DNA of 64,000 nt from a virus. The notes beneath the pieces are model-generated. The model was not told where the DNA came from, made no database searches, and worked only from the letters and a program-made list of their open reading frames with translations. Of the stretch, positions 45,409-56,776 are shown in pieces; position 1 is the first letter of the stretch; each line of letters begins with the position of its first letter. Both the position numbers and the translations under genes were made by a program. Where the stretch lies: the IMG/VR virus record IMGVR_UViG_3300015371_000016, positions 13,128 through 77,127 of that record; one strand, given 5' to 3'.

Positions 45409-46932
45409 ATGAGCGACAACGTTTCACAGCTTCCGACCCAGTCTTCGACGAAGCTGCTCCGCGACTGCAAGACACTCGGTGAGGCTTTTCAAACCAAGGA
45501 GCTGAAAGAGCGCATCGCCGGCACGCTTCCCAAGCACATGAACCCGGACACCATGTTGCACGCTTTCATTAACGCTGCCGGACGCACGCCAGAGCTACGG
45601 GAATGTCCCGTCAAGCAAGTGCTCGGCGCGTTCGTGCAACTGTCCTATCTCGGCCTCCCTCCCGGCACTATGCAGGGTCTCGCGCACATGATCCCGTTTG
45701 CGCGATACAAGGGATACGGCGACAATCGGCGCATCGATCACTACGATCTACAGATCGTTATCGGGTATCCCGGCTACATCGAACTAGCGCATCGGTCCGG
45801 CTTCGTTACCGGCTTCTCCGCTGCCTGTGTGCTGCCGGATGACGATTTCGATTTTATGAAGGGCAGCGGGCAGTTCATCCGTCACAAGCAAAACATGGGA
45901 GCTTGGCGAGCTGACGTGGACCCGATCGCATGCTGGGCGCGAGCTGAGTTCACGACCGGCCATGAAGAGTTCGAGGTAATGTCGTGGAATGAAGTGCTGT
46001 CGATCCGCGACATGAGCGCCGGATATCGAGCCGCTATGGCCGCTTACAATCATGCCAAGGATAAGGGCTGGCGCATTCCGCCGGCCTACAGCGAGGCGCC
46101 CTGGATCAAGCATGCTCGCAGGATGGGCGTGAAGACGGCGATCATCCGCCTCGCTCACCTGCTACCGAAGTGTCCAGAACTACGTCAGGGCGCTGAGATC
46201 GAAAGCGCGCAAGAGGGCGGCAAGGCGATGGACTTCAGTCCGATCATTGACGGCGACGTGCTTCCCGAGGAAGGCCCGATCATTATCGATATCCCGGAGG
46301 ACGAAGACCATACTTCTCCTGTCGAGCCACTCGTGCAACCAAAGACACGGCAGAGGCGCGCGCGTAAGGCAGAGGTCGAACCCCAAGTAGAGGCCGAACC
46401 TGAGCAAGTAGCTCCAAGTCCCATCGAAGAAGAGGATGCGCCGGTCGATACCGGCTTCGATTACTACTTAGTGGACGAGTTTGGCGAAATCCTCGGCGGC
46501 GCTAAGTATGGCGATCCTGCTGCGTTCATCGAGGACTTCCTTGAATACAGCCGTGGCCTCGACGATGGTCTGGTTAATCAATTCCAGGATGCTAACACCA
46601 AAGCATTGCATGCGGCTATGCGCGACCCAGAGGCCGCGAAGCTCATGCGCGGCGATACGAAAACTCCCGCTGAAGAGCCAGAGCCAGCGCAGACAGTCAG
46701 TGCCGAGCCGCCGAAGCCAGGAACGCCAGAGCACGACGAGATGGTCGCCGATGGCTTTATCTCTGATCTGAACAGTCTGAGTATCGATGCGGATGGCAGG
46801 AGGGCTTTTAATAACTGGGTCAGTGATCCGCGAGTGCGCCAGACTATGGGAGGATGGCGCAAGACTAATAAGGCGATGTTCGATCGCGTCGATCTCCTAG
46901 CGAAGAAGAAGAACGAGCAGCTTCCGAGATGA
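45409..46932 (+). CDS. recT: RecT-family ssDNA annealing protein with long acidic C-terminal extension
   Basis: LPKHM.P, P.L.EC, LGL.P, AHMIPF, Q.VIGY.GYIELA.RSG, PW...M..KTAI.RL...LPK. Confidence 0.85.
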   Translation: MSDNVSQLPTQSSTKLLRDCKTLGEAFQTKELKERIAGTLPKHMNPDTMLHAFINAAGRTPELRECPVKQVLGAFVQLSYLGLPPGTMQGLAHMIPFARYKGYGDNRRIDHYDLQIVIGYPGYIELAHRSGFVTGFSAACVLPDDDFDFMKGSGQFIRHKQNMGAWRADVDPIACWARAEFTTGHEEFEVMSWNEVLSIRDMSAGYRAAMAAYNHAKDKGWRIPPAYSEAPWIKHARRMGVKTAIIRLAHLLPKCPELRQGAEIESAQEGGKAMDFSPIIDGDVLPEEGPIIIDIPEDEDHTSPVEPLVQPKTRQRRARKAEVEPQVEAEPEQVAPSPIEEEDAPVDTGFDYYLVDEFGEILGGAKYGDPAAFIEDFLEYSRGLDDGLVNQFQDANTKALHAAMRDPEAAKLMRGDTKTPAEEPEPAQTVSAEPPKPGTPEHDEMVADGFISDLNSLSIDADGRRAFNNWVSDPRVRQTMGGWRKTNKAMFDRVDLLAKKKNEQLPR

Positions 46933-47268
46933 AGGTCCTAGCCACCGCAATTGTTTAGCGCGCTTATCCCGGTCGTAGCCATGCTGATTTGCGCGGCGCA
47001 TGGCCGGGACAAAGCGACCGGATCGCGCCGGTCGAAGCGTAACTTTCACCCCGGTGGAGGATCTCGTGGCACAGCAGGGTAGAGGAGGTATGGGCTCGCA
47101 TAAACACGGAACCTCTGGTCATGCACCACGCTCTCCGGCCTATAAACAGCAGAGGACCCGTGAAGCCAATCGTCTCGCTGAAGAAGAAAAGGCCAAGAAG
47201 CCAAAAGCGAAGACCTATGCTTCGGTCAAAGACGCAATGAAAGACAGGCACTAACCCCGGAGCGGAAC

Positions 47269-47505
47269 ATGGCAATCGAGATCAAGGGCGGATGGCTGGA
47301 TGGGCACATGATCCGCCGCGCACGGAAAGTGGTCTCGTGCAATGACTTCCGACATTGTCAGACGACGATCAAGGTTGGCGATCATTATGCGGAAAGCGAG
47401 TGCGACCCATATTACGCGGGAGGCTTCGGCATGACGAAGCTATGCATGAACTGCGCGGGCGAAGAGGCTAAAGCATCCCTGCGCGCTGCGCTCGAAATAG
47501 CCTAA
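47269..47505 (+). CDS. Small Zn-finger protein
   Basis: RRARK..C..C..I..GDHY..CMNC. Confidence 0.6.
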   Translation: MAIEIKGGWLDGHMIRRARKVVSCNDFRHCQTTIKVGDHYAESECDPYYAGGFGMTKLCMNCAGEEAKASLRAALEIA

Positions 47506-47525
47506 ATACTACCCCGGAGCGGAAT

Positions 47526-47780
47526 ATGGATTATTTGATGGACTGGATCGTTTGCGGTCGCAAGATAGGCAAGGCGACCGGGTGGAGTGTGGCAGACACA
47601 TTCACCATGCACCTATACGGCCTTCAGCCAGCGCCGGAATACACTGGCCCAGTTGCTGAGTGCGTGACGATCTGCTTTGAGCGTGGCGTGATCGAGGTCT
47701 TAGACGAAGATGGGAACGTCACCCAGTCGTCCGATCTTATCGAGTCCATCCGCGCTTGTCAGGTGGCTCGGATGGAGTAG
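47526..47780 (+). CDS. Hypothetical protein
   Basis: GGAG RBS within a duplicated leader. Confidence 0.55.
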   Translation: MDYLMDWIVCGRKIGKATGWSVADTFTMHLYGLQPAPEYTGPVAECVTICFERGVIEVLDEDGNVTQSSDLIESIRACQVARME

Positions 47781-47831
47781 CAACCCAACCCCGATTGCGT
47801 AACCGGCGCCTCGCGGATCAGGGGCAGGAGA

Positions 47832-48380
47832 GTGCAAATGGTCAACCATTCGACCACCATGACGACGAGTAATCTCCTGACTCATCTATACCAAGCGATG
47901 GATCATAACCTTGCGCGGCTCGTAGCTACGCAAGTCGAAATTGCTCGCTTAAATGATGTGCGGATCAATTCCTACACGCCGGTGCTGACTACCGCAAATG
48001 CCTGGCTGGCTACCCTCGAAGCGCGTATTCGCGCATCGATCCGACCCGACGACCTCGAAGAGTCCACGGAGTGGCTGAACCGTTATGCGGCCGACGCGGC
48101 TATCAGTTTCTTTCGCAACGTAGCCGACCTGTTGCCAACGGAGCCGCATATTGCCGCGACGCGGTCGGGCGATCTTGTGGCGGAGTTCGAGACATCAGCC
48201 AGCAGCATGACGACTGTCGTTTCGGGTGCCGAGACAATCCTTTTTGGCGTCCGGAGTGCGGACCAGTCCCCGATACACGCCGTCATCCGGCGCGGCAGCA
48301 ATCGACTGAGGGATGAAGTGAAAACCTTCGCACGGGAGCTACGCTCGGAGTCACATGGCAATATGGATGCCTCCCGATAA
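47832..48380 (+). CDS. Hypothetical protein
   Basis: AGGAG RBS; 182 aa. Confidence 0.6.
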   Translation: MQMVNHSTTMTTSNLLTHLYQAMDHNLARLVATQVEIARLNDVRINSYTPVLTTANAWLATLEARIRASIRPDDLEESTEWLNRYAADAAISFFRNVADLLPTEPHIAATRSGDLVAEFETSASSMTTVVSGAETILFGVRSADQSPIHAVIRRGSNRLRDEVKTFARELRSESHGNMDASR

Positions 48381-49340
48381 AGTCGGAATGAACGAGCGAT
48401 GCCGACGTGGTGCACCTTCCGCGACGCGGCGCGCGCCCGTGGAAAGACTGAAACCTTGCCTCGGCAAGCGACCGGATTGATGAACAAGCCTCCACCCGAG
48501 TATGTCGGGCATGAGTTTCATTGGATACAATTCTGTGACGACAAGCCTATTGTGTGGGAATGGAACCGACTGCACGAGTTCTGGATAGGAACGCCTTGGC
48601 ATTATAAGTCCGCACCCGGCAAGCCAAATGCAGGCTGGTTTTACCTTGGCCCAGCCCTACCTCCCCAAAGCGGAGGTGAGCGAGTGGGAAACATGTCTCA
48701 GACCACCGAACAGCCAGAAGTAGTGCCAATTACCCATGAAGTGATGGAGTTATGGGAGAAGGCGGCTATAAAGTCTTTTCCTCATGTCGTCGGAGGTCAA
48801 ATCAACTGGCCGATGATGGTGTGCTCTCTCATTGCTGAAATCAGAGCGGCCGGCAGGTTTTCGGATGCCGAGTGAAGATCAGCGCGCGCGTTCCGAGATC
48901 ATGGTGCCCGGTCCAGCAGCGGACGCCATATTTCGAGCCGGCTATGAGGCTGGGAAGGCTGATGCCATTGACCGCTGCATGATTGAGCGGCGAGCGCTTG
49001 CTAAGGAGCACAATGCCGCTATTGGCTTGTGCGTCGTTGCTATTCGCGCTCTGGACGTGCGCCACGCTTTGCAGAAGTGGATATCAGCATGAGCAATAAT
49101 CCAACCACGGCTGGATATCGTCCGGCCGAGGAGCTTGCGGCTGATATGCTTCGGCATCCCGAGAAGTATCGTGGGCTGCTGCGGCCTCATGGATCGGAAG
49201 ATAACCGGGCAGCGATACTTCGAGCCGCCATATGGCGCGCGATGATGGAGATTGAGAACGACAGCGCGAACGCCGCTTTCGAAACCCTACAGCACGCTTG
49301 GGAGAACAGCCGATGAGCAACCAGACGACCGTGAGCGCCG

Positions 49341-50018
49341 ATGCCTCACATTGAGACGTTCGGCGCGGCCACGCTGATCTTGGGCGACTGCCGGGAGATT
49401 ATCCCAACGCTTAGCGGTATCTCATGCGTGCTGACAGACCCGCCATTCGGGATCGATTACAGGTCAGGCTATCGGACTGATACACTCTGGACCGAGGATG
49501 CAATTCGCGGTGACGAAGACGTGGCAATGCGGAATGCCGCTCTGTCGCTGTTCCCGGCAGAGATGCCCAAGCTGGTATTTGGCTCACGTAAGGCGCCGTT
49601 ACCGCACGGCACTAAGATGACGCTGACCTGGGAAAAGGGGTCGGCGCTCGGCATGGGCGATCTGAGCCTGCCATGGAAGCCGAGCACCGAGGAAATCTAT
49701 GTGATCGGACGGGGCTTTGCAGGAAAGCGCGACTGCGGCTCGACGCTCTACCATCCACCAGTTCAGAGCATGGCAAAGAACGGACGGCGGCATCCGAACG
49801 AGAAGCCGGTGGGACTGCTTGCCATGCTCTTGCGGAAGCTGCCCGCAGGAAACGTCTGCGATCCATTCATGGGCAGCGCTAGTTGTGGAGAGGCCGCTGT
49901 AAAGATGGGCAGGAGATTTGTCGGGATCGAGGTTGATCCAGGCTACTACAGCATCGCCTGCGAACGAATGCACGCCCTCACGCTGCAGGGCGACCTATGG
50001 GAGTGTAAATCGGCATGA
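49341..50018 (+). CDS. DNA amino-methyltransferase (N6_N4_Mtase, beta class)
   Basis: GDC, TDPPF, HPNEKPV, DPFMGSAS, FVGIE. Confidence 0.88.
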   Translation: MPHIETFGAATLILGDCREIIPTLSGISCVLTDPPFGIDYRSGYRTDTLWTEDAIRGDEDVAMRNAALSLFPAEMPKLVFGSRKAPLPHGTKMTLTWEKGSALGMGDLSLPWKPSTEEIYVIGRGFAGKRDCGSTLYHPPVQSMAKNGRRHPNEKPVGLLAMLLRKLPAGNVCDPFMGSASCGEAAVKMGRRFVGIEVDPGYYSIACERMHALTLQGDLWECKSA

Positions 50019-50602
50019 GCAAAGACCAGACGACCGCAATCGAACCAGTAGAGAGCCTGACGCTATACGGGTTGCAGATTGGCTTTGAGCCAAAAGTGGG
50101 AGCGCTTGTTGAGCTTTCTGGCGATACGACTTGGCTCTCGTGGGACGAGACAGTGGAGTTGGCTGAGTGGCTGGCAGCGCGGGTGCGGGAGTGCAAATCA
50201 GATGAGCGATAAAGCAACCACGACTGGTTGCTGGGAATATTCCGGCCGGCCTTGTCCGATACCGCAACATTGCGGAGAGACTAACCGATGTCTCGTCCAT
50301 GAATTGAGGCTCGTTGGTTGGAAAGTGCTGGAACCATGGACGGAGCTAAAGTCTGGTGAGCATCGGCAGATCGGGCCTCACGCTGCCGCATTCCGACCGT
50401 CAATCGATCCACAGCCGTGGAATGAACAGCAGAGGCTAGAGAACGAGCCGGACACCGTCAGATGGTATTTCGGCCCAATATACTGCGGTCAATTTCGAGA
50501 TCACCGATCTCGGAGCGGGCTACCGTGCGACACGGCGTGCAAAGACCCGATGTGGTGCATTCAGCGAAAGCTATGCAAGCAGCAGAATGAGGAAGATCAT
50601 AA

Positions 50603-50875
50603 ATGGCTGATTCCGATACCACCGACTGGCGGTCCATAGACACCCTAGGAGGCGAGGCTGTTTTCGATGTGCTCGCAAAATACTGGGAGCCAGAGATGGA
50701 CAAGTTCCTTTATCAAAGGTTCTGCGGCTGTGTGCAAAACGATGGCGTCATTCTGTGGTCACATCCATTCTGGAAACTTCACGAAGCGCCAAAGTCAGAC
50801 TATGTGAACCTGATCGAGCACGGGTTTAAGCCGGTCTACTGGATGCCATTCCCGGAGATGCCGCCTCATGAGTGA
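50603..50875 (+). CDS. DUF551-like small protein
   Basis: WRSIDT..PVYWMPFPEMP. Confidence 0.6.
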   Translation: MADSDTTDWRSIDTLGGEAVFDVLAKYWEPEMDKFLYQRFCGCVQNDGVILWSHPFWKLHEAPKSDYVNLIEHGFKPVYWMPFPEMPPHE

Positions 50876-51530
50876 AAATCACCCGACCACGAACCCAATG
50901 ACCGACAAGCAGATAGAAGCGATGCGCCCTCCTCCCCTATGGCTGTGTGTCCTGCGGCCAGCCGTCGTGCCAATGATAACCATGATAGGGACAACGTTCC
51001 TTCTGCTTTGGATGGAAGGAAAGCTTTGAATGTCTGATCGTGAAAACCAGATCACCAAGAAGGCGTGGCATCCCCGCGTTGAAATGCGCTGGCGTTCGCC
51101 TCCGACGAACAGAGCGGAACGTCCAATCCTGGAGCAACTATGGCAATGTGAACAGACGGGAGAACTGTGGTGGCGTCGCGTGCCTAATGTTGCCGCATGG
51201 GAGAGTGATGAGCCATGAGTGCGAGACAAAAGAAAAGCCCTCCCGATGCGCTCGGAAGGGCGGTAGACAATCCACATGATTGAGCTGCGGGCCAAGATCT
51301 CTGGGAGTGAGGCCCAAAGGTGACCCTCCGGTGGAAGCATGCTCGGCGAGGAGCACTCGCATCGGACTCGTCGAGCGTCGTCCGTCAAGCTGGCTCCGCC
51401 GGAGGCGATCACCAACGTAAGTGTGAGTATTACGGCTGCACCACGTATCCTCGCTTCGGCTACGGACCACCTTTCTGCAAGAAAGAGGTCTGGGTGTGCC
51501 GAGAACACAGAAAATGGTTAGAGGATCGAG

Positions 51531-52070
51531 CTAATATAGCGACCGCATGAAGCGAGCCGGGTCGCTAGTGAACCAAGTCAGCGCCGAGTATCGAGCGCCG
51601 CTCTCAATCGGATCAACCATGTGCCTAAAGCCTCGACCGGCAGGAAACGCGAGCAGCGTGCCCGGTTGCGGCCTAAGCTCGATATCCAGATCAGGGAAAG
51701 AGAACATGCCGCCTGAATAGTCGCCACCGAAGTATAGATTGCACGTGTGCGTCCGCCACGGCGTATGGTTCGGCCCGCCATCATCAGCGCAATTGTCGCA
51801 GTGAGGCACGATGGAATCGCCCGCGAGGTTGGTGTTCATCACGCAGTATTCCATCGCCACACCGGAATCGAAGTACCGGTTCATTAGCTCGGTTGCGCGT
51901 TGCCGAAAGTCATGGATCAACACACGCGCTTCCGGCGGCATTTCCCAAGCATGGATTTCGTGTCGGTGCGCCCATTTTTGGCCGACGCCGAGACCGGCCG
52001 TGTAGTTCATTATAGTGATCAGCTCGGCGCATTTATCGGTCGAAAGGAAGTCGGGAACTATCAGAATCAT
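51531..52070 (-). CDS. 2OG-Fe(II) oxygenase (prolyl-hydroxylase-like)
   Basis: PHCD, NLY..DYSGG.F.F, PGTLLAF, H.V.PI.SG.RYS. Confidence 0.88.
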   Translation of the reverse strand: MILIVPDFLSTDKCAELITIMNYTAGLGVGQKWAHRHEIHAWEMPPEARVLIHDFRQRATELMNRYFDSGVAMEYCVMNTNLAGDSIVPHCDNCADDGGPNHTPWRTHTCNLYFGGDYSGGMFSFPDLDIELRPQPGTLLAFPAGRGFRHMVDPIESGARYSALTWFTSDPARFMRSLY

Positions 52071-52423
52071 GTTTTCTCGCTTGCTGACTGTTCTTCGGCG
52101 ATCATCGCGGCAGCACGTTCTAACGACGGCTGAAGGATTTGCGCAATCCGGAACGCAATCCGCAGTGCAGGCGGCAGAGGCAGCGCGCTGAGTATGTCGA
52201 GCACGATATTAGCATCCCGCACGATTCGCTGAAGCGTCTCGGTCTTGTCGGGAGACGACGCGAATGCACGGGCGTTCTGCCGCAGCTCTTCGATCGACGA
52301 GCTGAGTGTGCTATGCACTGTGTCACTGACATCCGGGAGGGAGCCTAGCTGGTCGCGGATATCCTCGAAGCGCCCGGCCACGCGCTGAAGCATCTCGCCG
52401 ATGTCGGTAGGAGTGAAAGGCAT
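52067..52423 (-). CDS. Hypothetical protein
   Basis: GAGG RBS; ATGA overlap with the oxygenase. Confidence 0.6.
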   Translation of the reverse strand: MPFTPTDIGEMLQRVAGRFEDIRDQLGSLPDVSDTVHSTLSSSIEELRQNARAFASSPDKTETLQRIVRDANIVLDILSALPLPPALRIAFRIAQILQPSLERAAAMIAEEQSASEKT

Positions 52424-52611
52424 GCAGACCTCATGACCGAAGACCGTATCGAACGGATCGTAGAAGCCAAGACCAACTCACTGGACCGCCGTTACATGGC
52501 TGGCGAGCTGACCGAAGCAGAATATCACCGCGAGATGGCAGCGCTGGATCGGTGGGCCGAGCGGCAATATCGGGTGGCGGCATAAGCCGCCGCTCACCCC
52601 GGAGGAAACTC

Positions 52612-53112
52612 ATGAACTGGCCAATTGGAACGAGCACTAGAATTCAACAAGCAGATCTTCTGGTGTGGATGCCGGATGTAGGGTCTACGATCCACATCCA
52701 AGCGGCCGGCAACAAGACTTATTGTGGTCAGGATATAAAGGAACTAGCGATAGCCGACCCAAAGTGCTGTTACTTGCCGCGTGTGGCGTCCACCGTTCGA
52801 TACAACGATGCTGCGACCCTACGTCAGCAAACGAAGTATTGGCTTCAGAGTTCGAACTGTCCTGAGTGCCAGCGTCGAGCGCGAGAGGAGCTGGAGGCGT
52901 GGATCGCTCAGTCCAAGTTGCCGAGCTACCCAGCGACACCGCTTCTTTATAAGAAGCCCGGTAAGGTCTGGAAGAAGATAAATAACCATCGGACCAGAGT
53001 GATCATCACTCCGCCCGGAGTGCCGCAGCCCTACTACGCGCACCTTTCCCCGGAAGAGATCAGCCGCATCGAGCAGAAGCACCGAGAGTGGGGCATTTCC
53101 CTGGAGGCATAA
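52612..53112 (+). CDS. Hypothetical protein
   Basis: GGAGG RBS before MNWPIG; TYCG and CPEC motifs. Confidence 0.5.
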   Translation: MNWPIGTSTRIQQADLLVWMPDVGSTIHIQAAGNKTYCGQDIKELAIADPKCCYLPRVASTVRYNDAATLRQQTKYWLQSSNCPECQRRAREELEAWIAQSKLPSYPATPLLYKKPGKVWKKINNHRTRVIITPPGVPQPYYAHLSPEEISRIEQKHREWGISLEA

Positions 53113-53371
53113 ATGAACTGCTACGAAACGATAAGCATCGCGGATTTACTTATCGGGTTGGGAATAGGCGTCGCCATCTGTCTGGTCTACAGTCTTATCT
53201 GCGAATTCCTCAGATTAAATTAGGCCATATCGATGAACGGAATTGCCCATGGTGCGATCAGCGGCGCTGACGCCTTTCGGCAAGGATTGCCGCGTAGCGC
53301 GTGCCCTTATCCGTATGTCGAGGCCCGCGGGTTGGAATGGCTAGCGCAGTGGGACAAAGCCAGCCGCGACC

Positions 53372-53770
53372 TTAGCCCATCAGCGACAGCACATCCATAT
53401 TCACGTCGCGGACCCGCAAGCGACCTTGCATCGTGGTGTCGATCGTCACCGTGAGACGATACTTTGATCCGCCTGAGGCCGAAGGAGCATTGAGCCAGAA
53501 GGTCAGAATCAGATTGGTCGCGTCCAGTTCCATGTCGCCGTTGGTGCCGGCTAGCGCCAGATCATCGACCGTCATCGGAAACCCGTCGCGGCGCTTGATG
53601 GCGATCGTCACGTCGTTGACCGACGATATTTGGTCTTCGATCGTGCCGAGGTCTTGGCGGAAGTCGATATATCTGCCGTCTAGCTCACCGGCGCGCATCG
53701 GCGGCATAGTGGGAGGCGGACTGTTACCGTAGCACGCGCTGCCGCTACATCCGGCACGAATTACGCTCAT
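53372..53770 (-). CDS. Fibre-tail adaptor-like protein
   Basis: ELD...IDF..DL, FWL..GG..YRLTVTIDT..GR pattern. Confidence 0.6.
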   Translation of the reverse strand: MSVIRAGCSGSACYGNSPPPTMPPMRAGELDGRYIDFRQDLGTIEDQISSVNDVTIAIKRRDGFPMTVDDLALAGTNGDMELDATNLILTFWLNAPSASGGSKYRLTVTIDTTMQGRLRVRDVNMDVLSLMG

Positions 53771-55932
53771 ACCGCTACCCCTCTAGTCGGCGGTGGCAAG
53801 CGCACACCATGGATCGAGCTGGAAACAGTGACACCGAGATTGCCCGGCGACAACAGTGTGCCTTCAGCGACGATCCGCTTCCAATGCATAGCGAAGCCGG
53901 CCTCAGCGTCGAACGAACCGGACAGGAAGATCATCCTGCCTTCGAGCATGTAGAAGTCGGCAGCAGCGTCGAAGGTGCCAGTGAGAGGCACCAGCAAGCT
54001 GTAGGTCGCATCCAGTGTCGCGACGGCGTCGAGCTGTCCCGTGAGGCTCTGGAGCAGCACGACCCGGCCAAGCGTCAGACCTGCTTCGATATCGAGCGAG
54101 ACGCTGCCCAGATCGGCGAGCAGCGCTGGGCCGCTTATGGTGGTCGAGGTCACTGCATCCAGCGAACCGCCCGCGAAGGTGACCCGCATAGGAGCGGACG
54201 AGAAACCCGCTGATGCCGCGAGCTGGGCGGCTGCCCGCAGTAGGTAGACCGGAGCAGCTACTTGACCAGCGACCGCCTGGAAGGAGCCGCCAGCGGCCAT
54301 CCTAGCCGCAGCAGCAGCAGCTACGGAAGCGACCGCGTCGAACCTTCCCGCAGCAGTCCAGAACGTGACGCCCGTCGTCTGCCCAGCGATGCCGGCGAGT
54401 GCGTCGAACCGACCGGCGAAGACCAGTCTCGCGTTGACTGTCCCGGTCGATATGCCAGCGAGCGCGTCGGTGCGCCCGGCCATGACCATCCACTGATTGG
54501 CGCGCGCGGAGAACCCTGCCAATGCGTCGAGCTGGGCGCTCGCATAGGTCACCCGGAGCGCATCACCAGCATAACTAGCGACACCAGGGAACGTGCCGCC
54601 CAGGACCGCCCAGAGCCGCGCAGCGGCGGCCATTCCGGCAGTCGCGTCCATCCGCCCGCTGGTGACAGCTCTAAGGATCGGTGCTGCAAGAGCTACGGAC
54701 GCGGCGCTGTCAAAGCGACCGGCCATCGTGGCCCACAGATCAACGTCAGCGACCGAAAATCCTGCCGAGGCATTGAGCGTAGCCGCGCCATAGGTGACGC
54801 GCATCGGATTGGCGCTGACTGCGGTGCTCGCCGCTGCCGTGGCAGCAAGTGTCGCTCGGATGTTGGCAAGACTGCTCAGCCCGGCCGTAACATCAAGCTG
54901 CCCGCCGGCTACAGCACGGAGGTCTACATCATTGACGGAGATCGCCGCCGCTGCATCCATACGAGCCGCGGCGAAAGTGACTCGCATCGGGTTGGCGGCA
55001 GCGTCAGCAGTCGCATCCAGGCGGCCTGCCGTCAGCGCTCTTAGATTCGCGTAGCTTCTAATGCCGGCTAAGGCGCCCGGTCCGGCACCAGCCGCCGCGC
55101 GCAATGTCAGCCAGCCCGCCGTCGCTGCAAGCGCATCCATGCTGCCGGCGACCGTGTAAGCCGTGCCGGACGGCACGTAGATTGGAATCACCCGCCCAGG
55201 TAGCCACAGCGGCGCTAACGGATCGATATATAGACGTTTGATCTCGCTTTCTTTTAGCGCACGGTTCCAAATGCCTAGATGAGCCATTCCGCCCGCGTGC
55301 CACGCATTGGAGATGCTGTTATCGCCAATGATCAGCGGTTGCGTGGGCTGGCTATTATTGACCGTCGTGACGGCAGCCGCGCTGGCACCCTGCACACCGT
55401 TCAGCCAAACCGAAACGGTCGCACCATCAAAAACACCGACAACGTTGTTCCAAGTTTGCTCGACCATCGCAGTCGAGCCATCAGTCGTGCCGAACGAAGT
55501 CCCTGAGCTGTCGCTGATTTCAAATTTAGGCGCACCAGTCACATTGTCTGAATAGCTAATGGCGAACTGATCGGAAGAAGTGCCTCCGCCATTGGCCGTG
55601 ATGGGAAATGTCCAGTGTGCCGGCGAGAAGTTCGGCCGCATCCACACCGACACCGTTAGCGCATTCAACGGTAGTTTGACGGAATAGTTGGTGTTGATCC
55701 GCGACTCAGAGACCGAAAACTCGTAAGCCCGACCGAAGCGGCTCCCGGTCCTGCCTATCGTGCCGGACCAAGTCGGTGCCGTCGTGCACCGACCACAAAG
55801 GTCCACCACTTTTGTGCCGCCAGCATCATTCAGTGAAAACCAATGCAAGAGCTGAGATGTCAGACCGTCAGCCCAATTTATACTGGCGCCCTCATGCGCG
55901 ACTGCCAGCTTGCTAGCTCTGATCCCAAACAC
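53767..55932 (-). CDS. LamG/ConA-like domain + Ala-rich repeat fibre protein
   Basis: TVSVW, WNNVVGVFDG..VWLNG, IWNRAL..EI..LY; about 20 AG(R/S)(F/L/M)DA.A repeats. Confidence 0.8.
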   Translation of the reverse strand: MFGIRASKLAVAHEGASINWADGLTSQLLHWFSLNDAGGTKVVDLCGRCTTAPTWSGTIGRTGSRFGRAYEFSVSESRINTNYSVKLPLNALTVSVWMRPNFSPAHWTFPITANGGGTSSDQFAISYSDNVTGAPKFEISDSSGTSFGTTDGSTAMVEQTWNNVVGVFDGATVSVWLNGVQGASAAAVTTVNNSQPTQPLIIGDNSISNAWHAGGMAHLGIWNRALKESEIKRLYIDPLAPLWLPGRVIPIYVPSGTAYTVAGSMDALAATAGWLTLRAAAGAGPGALAGIRSYANLRALTAGRLDATADAAANPMRVTFAAARMDAAAAISVNDVDLRAVAGGQLDVTAGLSSLANIRATLAATAAASTAVSANPMRVTYGAATLNASAGFSVADVDLWATMAGRFDSAASVALAAPILRAVTSGRMDATAGMAAAARLWAVLGGTFPGVASYAGDALRVTYASAQLDALAGFSARANQWMVMAGRTDALAGISTGTVNARLVFAGRFDALAGIAGQTTGVTFWTAAGRFDAVASVAAAAAARMAAGGSFQAVAGQVAAPVYLLRAAAQLAASAGFSSAPMRVTFAGGSLDAVTSTTISGPALLADLGSVSLDIEAGLTLGRVVLLQSLTGQLDAVATLDATYSLLVPLTGTFDAAADFYMLEGRMIFLSGSFDAEAGFAMHWKRIVAEGTLLSPGNLGVTVSSSIHGVRLPPPTRGVAV

Positions 55933-55935
55933 GGG

Positions 55936-56421
55936 TCACACAGTCGTATAGGTTACGCCGGTATAAGTCTTCTGATGGTTTCCCTCTGTGGAATCTAGAT
56001 TTTGCCCGGTGTAGTTCTGCAAAACAAAGCCCCACTTTCTCGGCATAACCCCACCAAAGAACGACGCAATCGATATTACCGCACGATACGTTGTGGCTGA
56101 CGCGGGACAGGACAGGACAAATGGTCGCATATTGGACGGCGAGGCCAACGTCACCGCGCCGTCAGTGCCAACCGATTCACCAGAGCTTGCATTGTAGACC
56201 GTGCCGTCTTCCGAGCCGAAGATGTGAATATAGCAGGCTTTGTCGTTTGCCAGGGCGCTGGCGCTGGTCTTGACCGAGACCGTCAGCAATGCATCATCGT
56301 ACAGATTGCTGGTATTATCGACCGCCGTACAGCCTCGCCCGGCCGTGCTCGAAGAGGCAAGTGAGGCAAGCGTGCATGTGATCGATGTGCTCGTGCCATA
56401 GGTGATTTTGGTGACGGCCAT
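55936..56421 (-). CDS. Virion structural protein
   Basis: TLASLASS, VDNTSNLY.D, FGG.MP..WG motif; fibre cluster. Confidence 0.6.
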   Translation of the reverse strand: MAVTKITYGTSTSITCTLASLASSSTAGRGCTAVDNTSNLYDDALLTVSVKTSASALANDKACYIHIFGSEDGTVYNASSGESVGTDGAVTLASPSNMRPFVLSCPASATTYRAVISIASFFGGVMPRKWGFVLQNYTGQNLDSTEGNHQKTYTGVTYTTV

Positions 56422-56422
56422 C

Positions 56423-56776
56423 TTACGCCACCGTCACCTGAGTCCACGACGTGCCGTCGTAGTATGACCCGTATCGGTTCCACGGGTTTTGATTGGTGAT
56501 GAAATCCTGTAGCTCGGCATAGCGCTTCTCCAATGCCGTGGCTATCGCAGCCATACCAGTGCCTTTCTGGAATGGAACGTCCTCGACCTGCTCCCATACT
56601 TGGCCTTGCTGCAAAGCAGTTATCTCAGCCGCACTGGCACCAAGGAATTGAGTCGTGAATTCCGGGTTAGCGTAGTACGGCCATCTGCTCTGAGGCACCG
56701 AGAGCCAGAAGCACACACGGTAGCGCAAATCAGATGGCAGGCCCGGCTGGTTCAAGATGATGATCTGTCGCGCCAT
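56423..56776 (-). CDS. Hypothetical structural protein
   Basis: GAGGAG RBS; fibre cluster. Confidence 0.55.
   Translation of the reverse strand: MARQIIILNQPGLPSDLRYRVCFWLSVPQSRWPYYANPEFTTQFLGASAAEITALQQGQVWEQVEDVPFQKGTGMAAIATALEKRYAELQDFITNQNPWNRYGSYYDGTSWTQVTVA

Noticed and set aside
54262-55044. 260-aa plus-strand ORF
   Set aside because: Shadow of the Ala-rich repeat fibre gene
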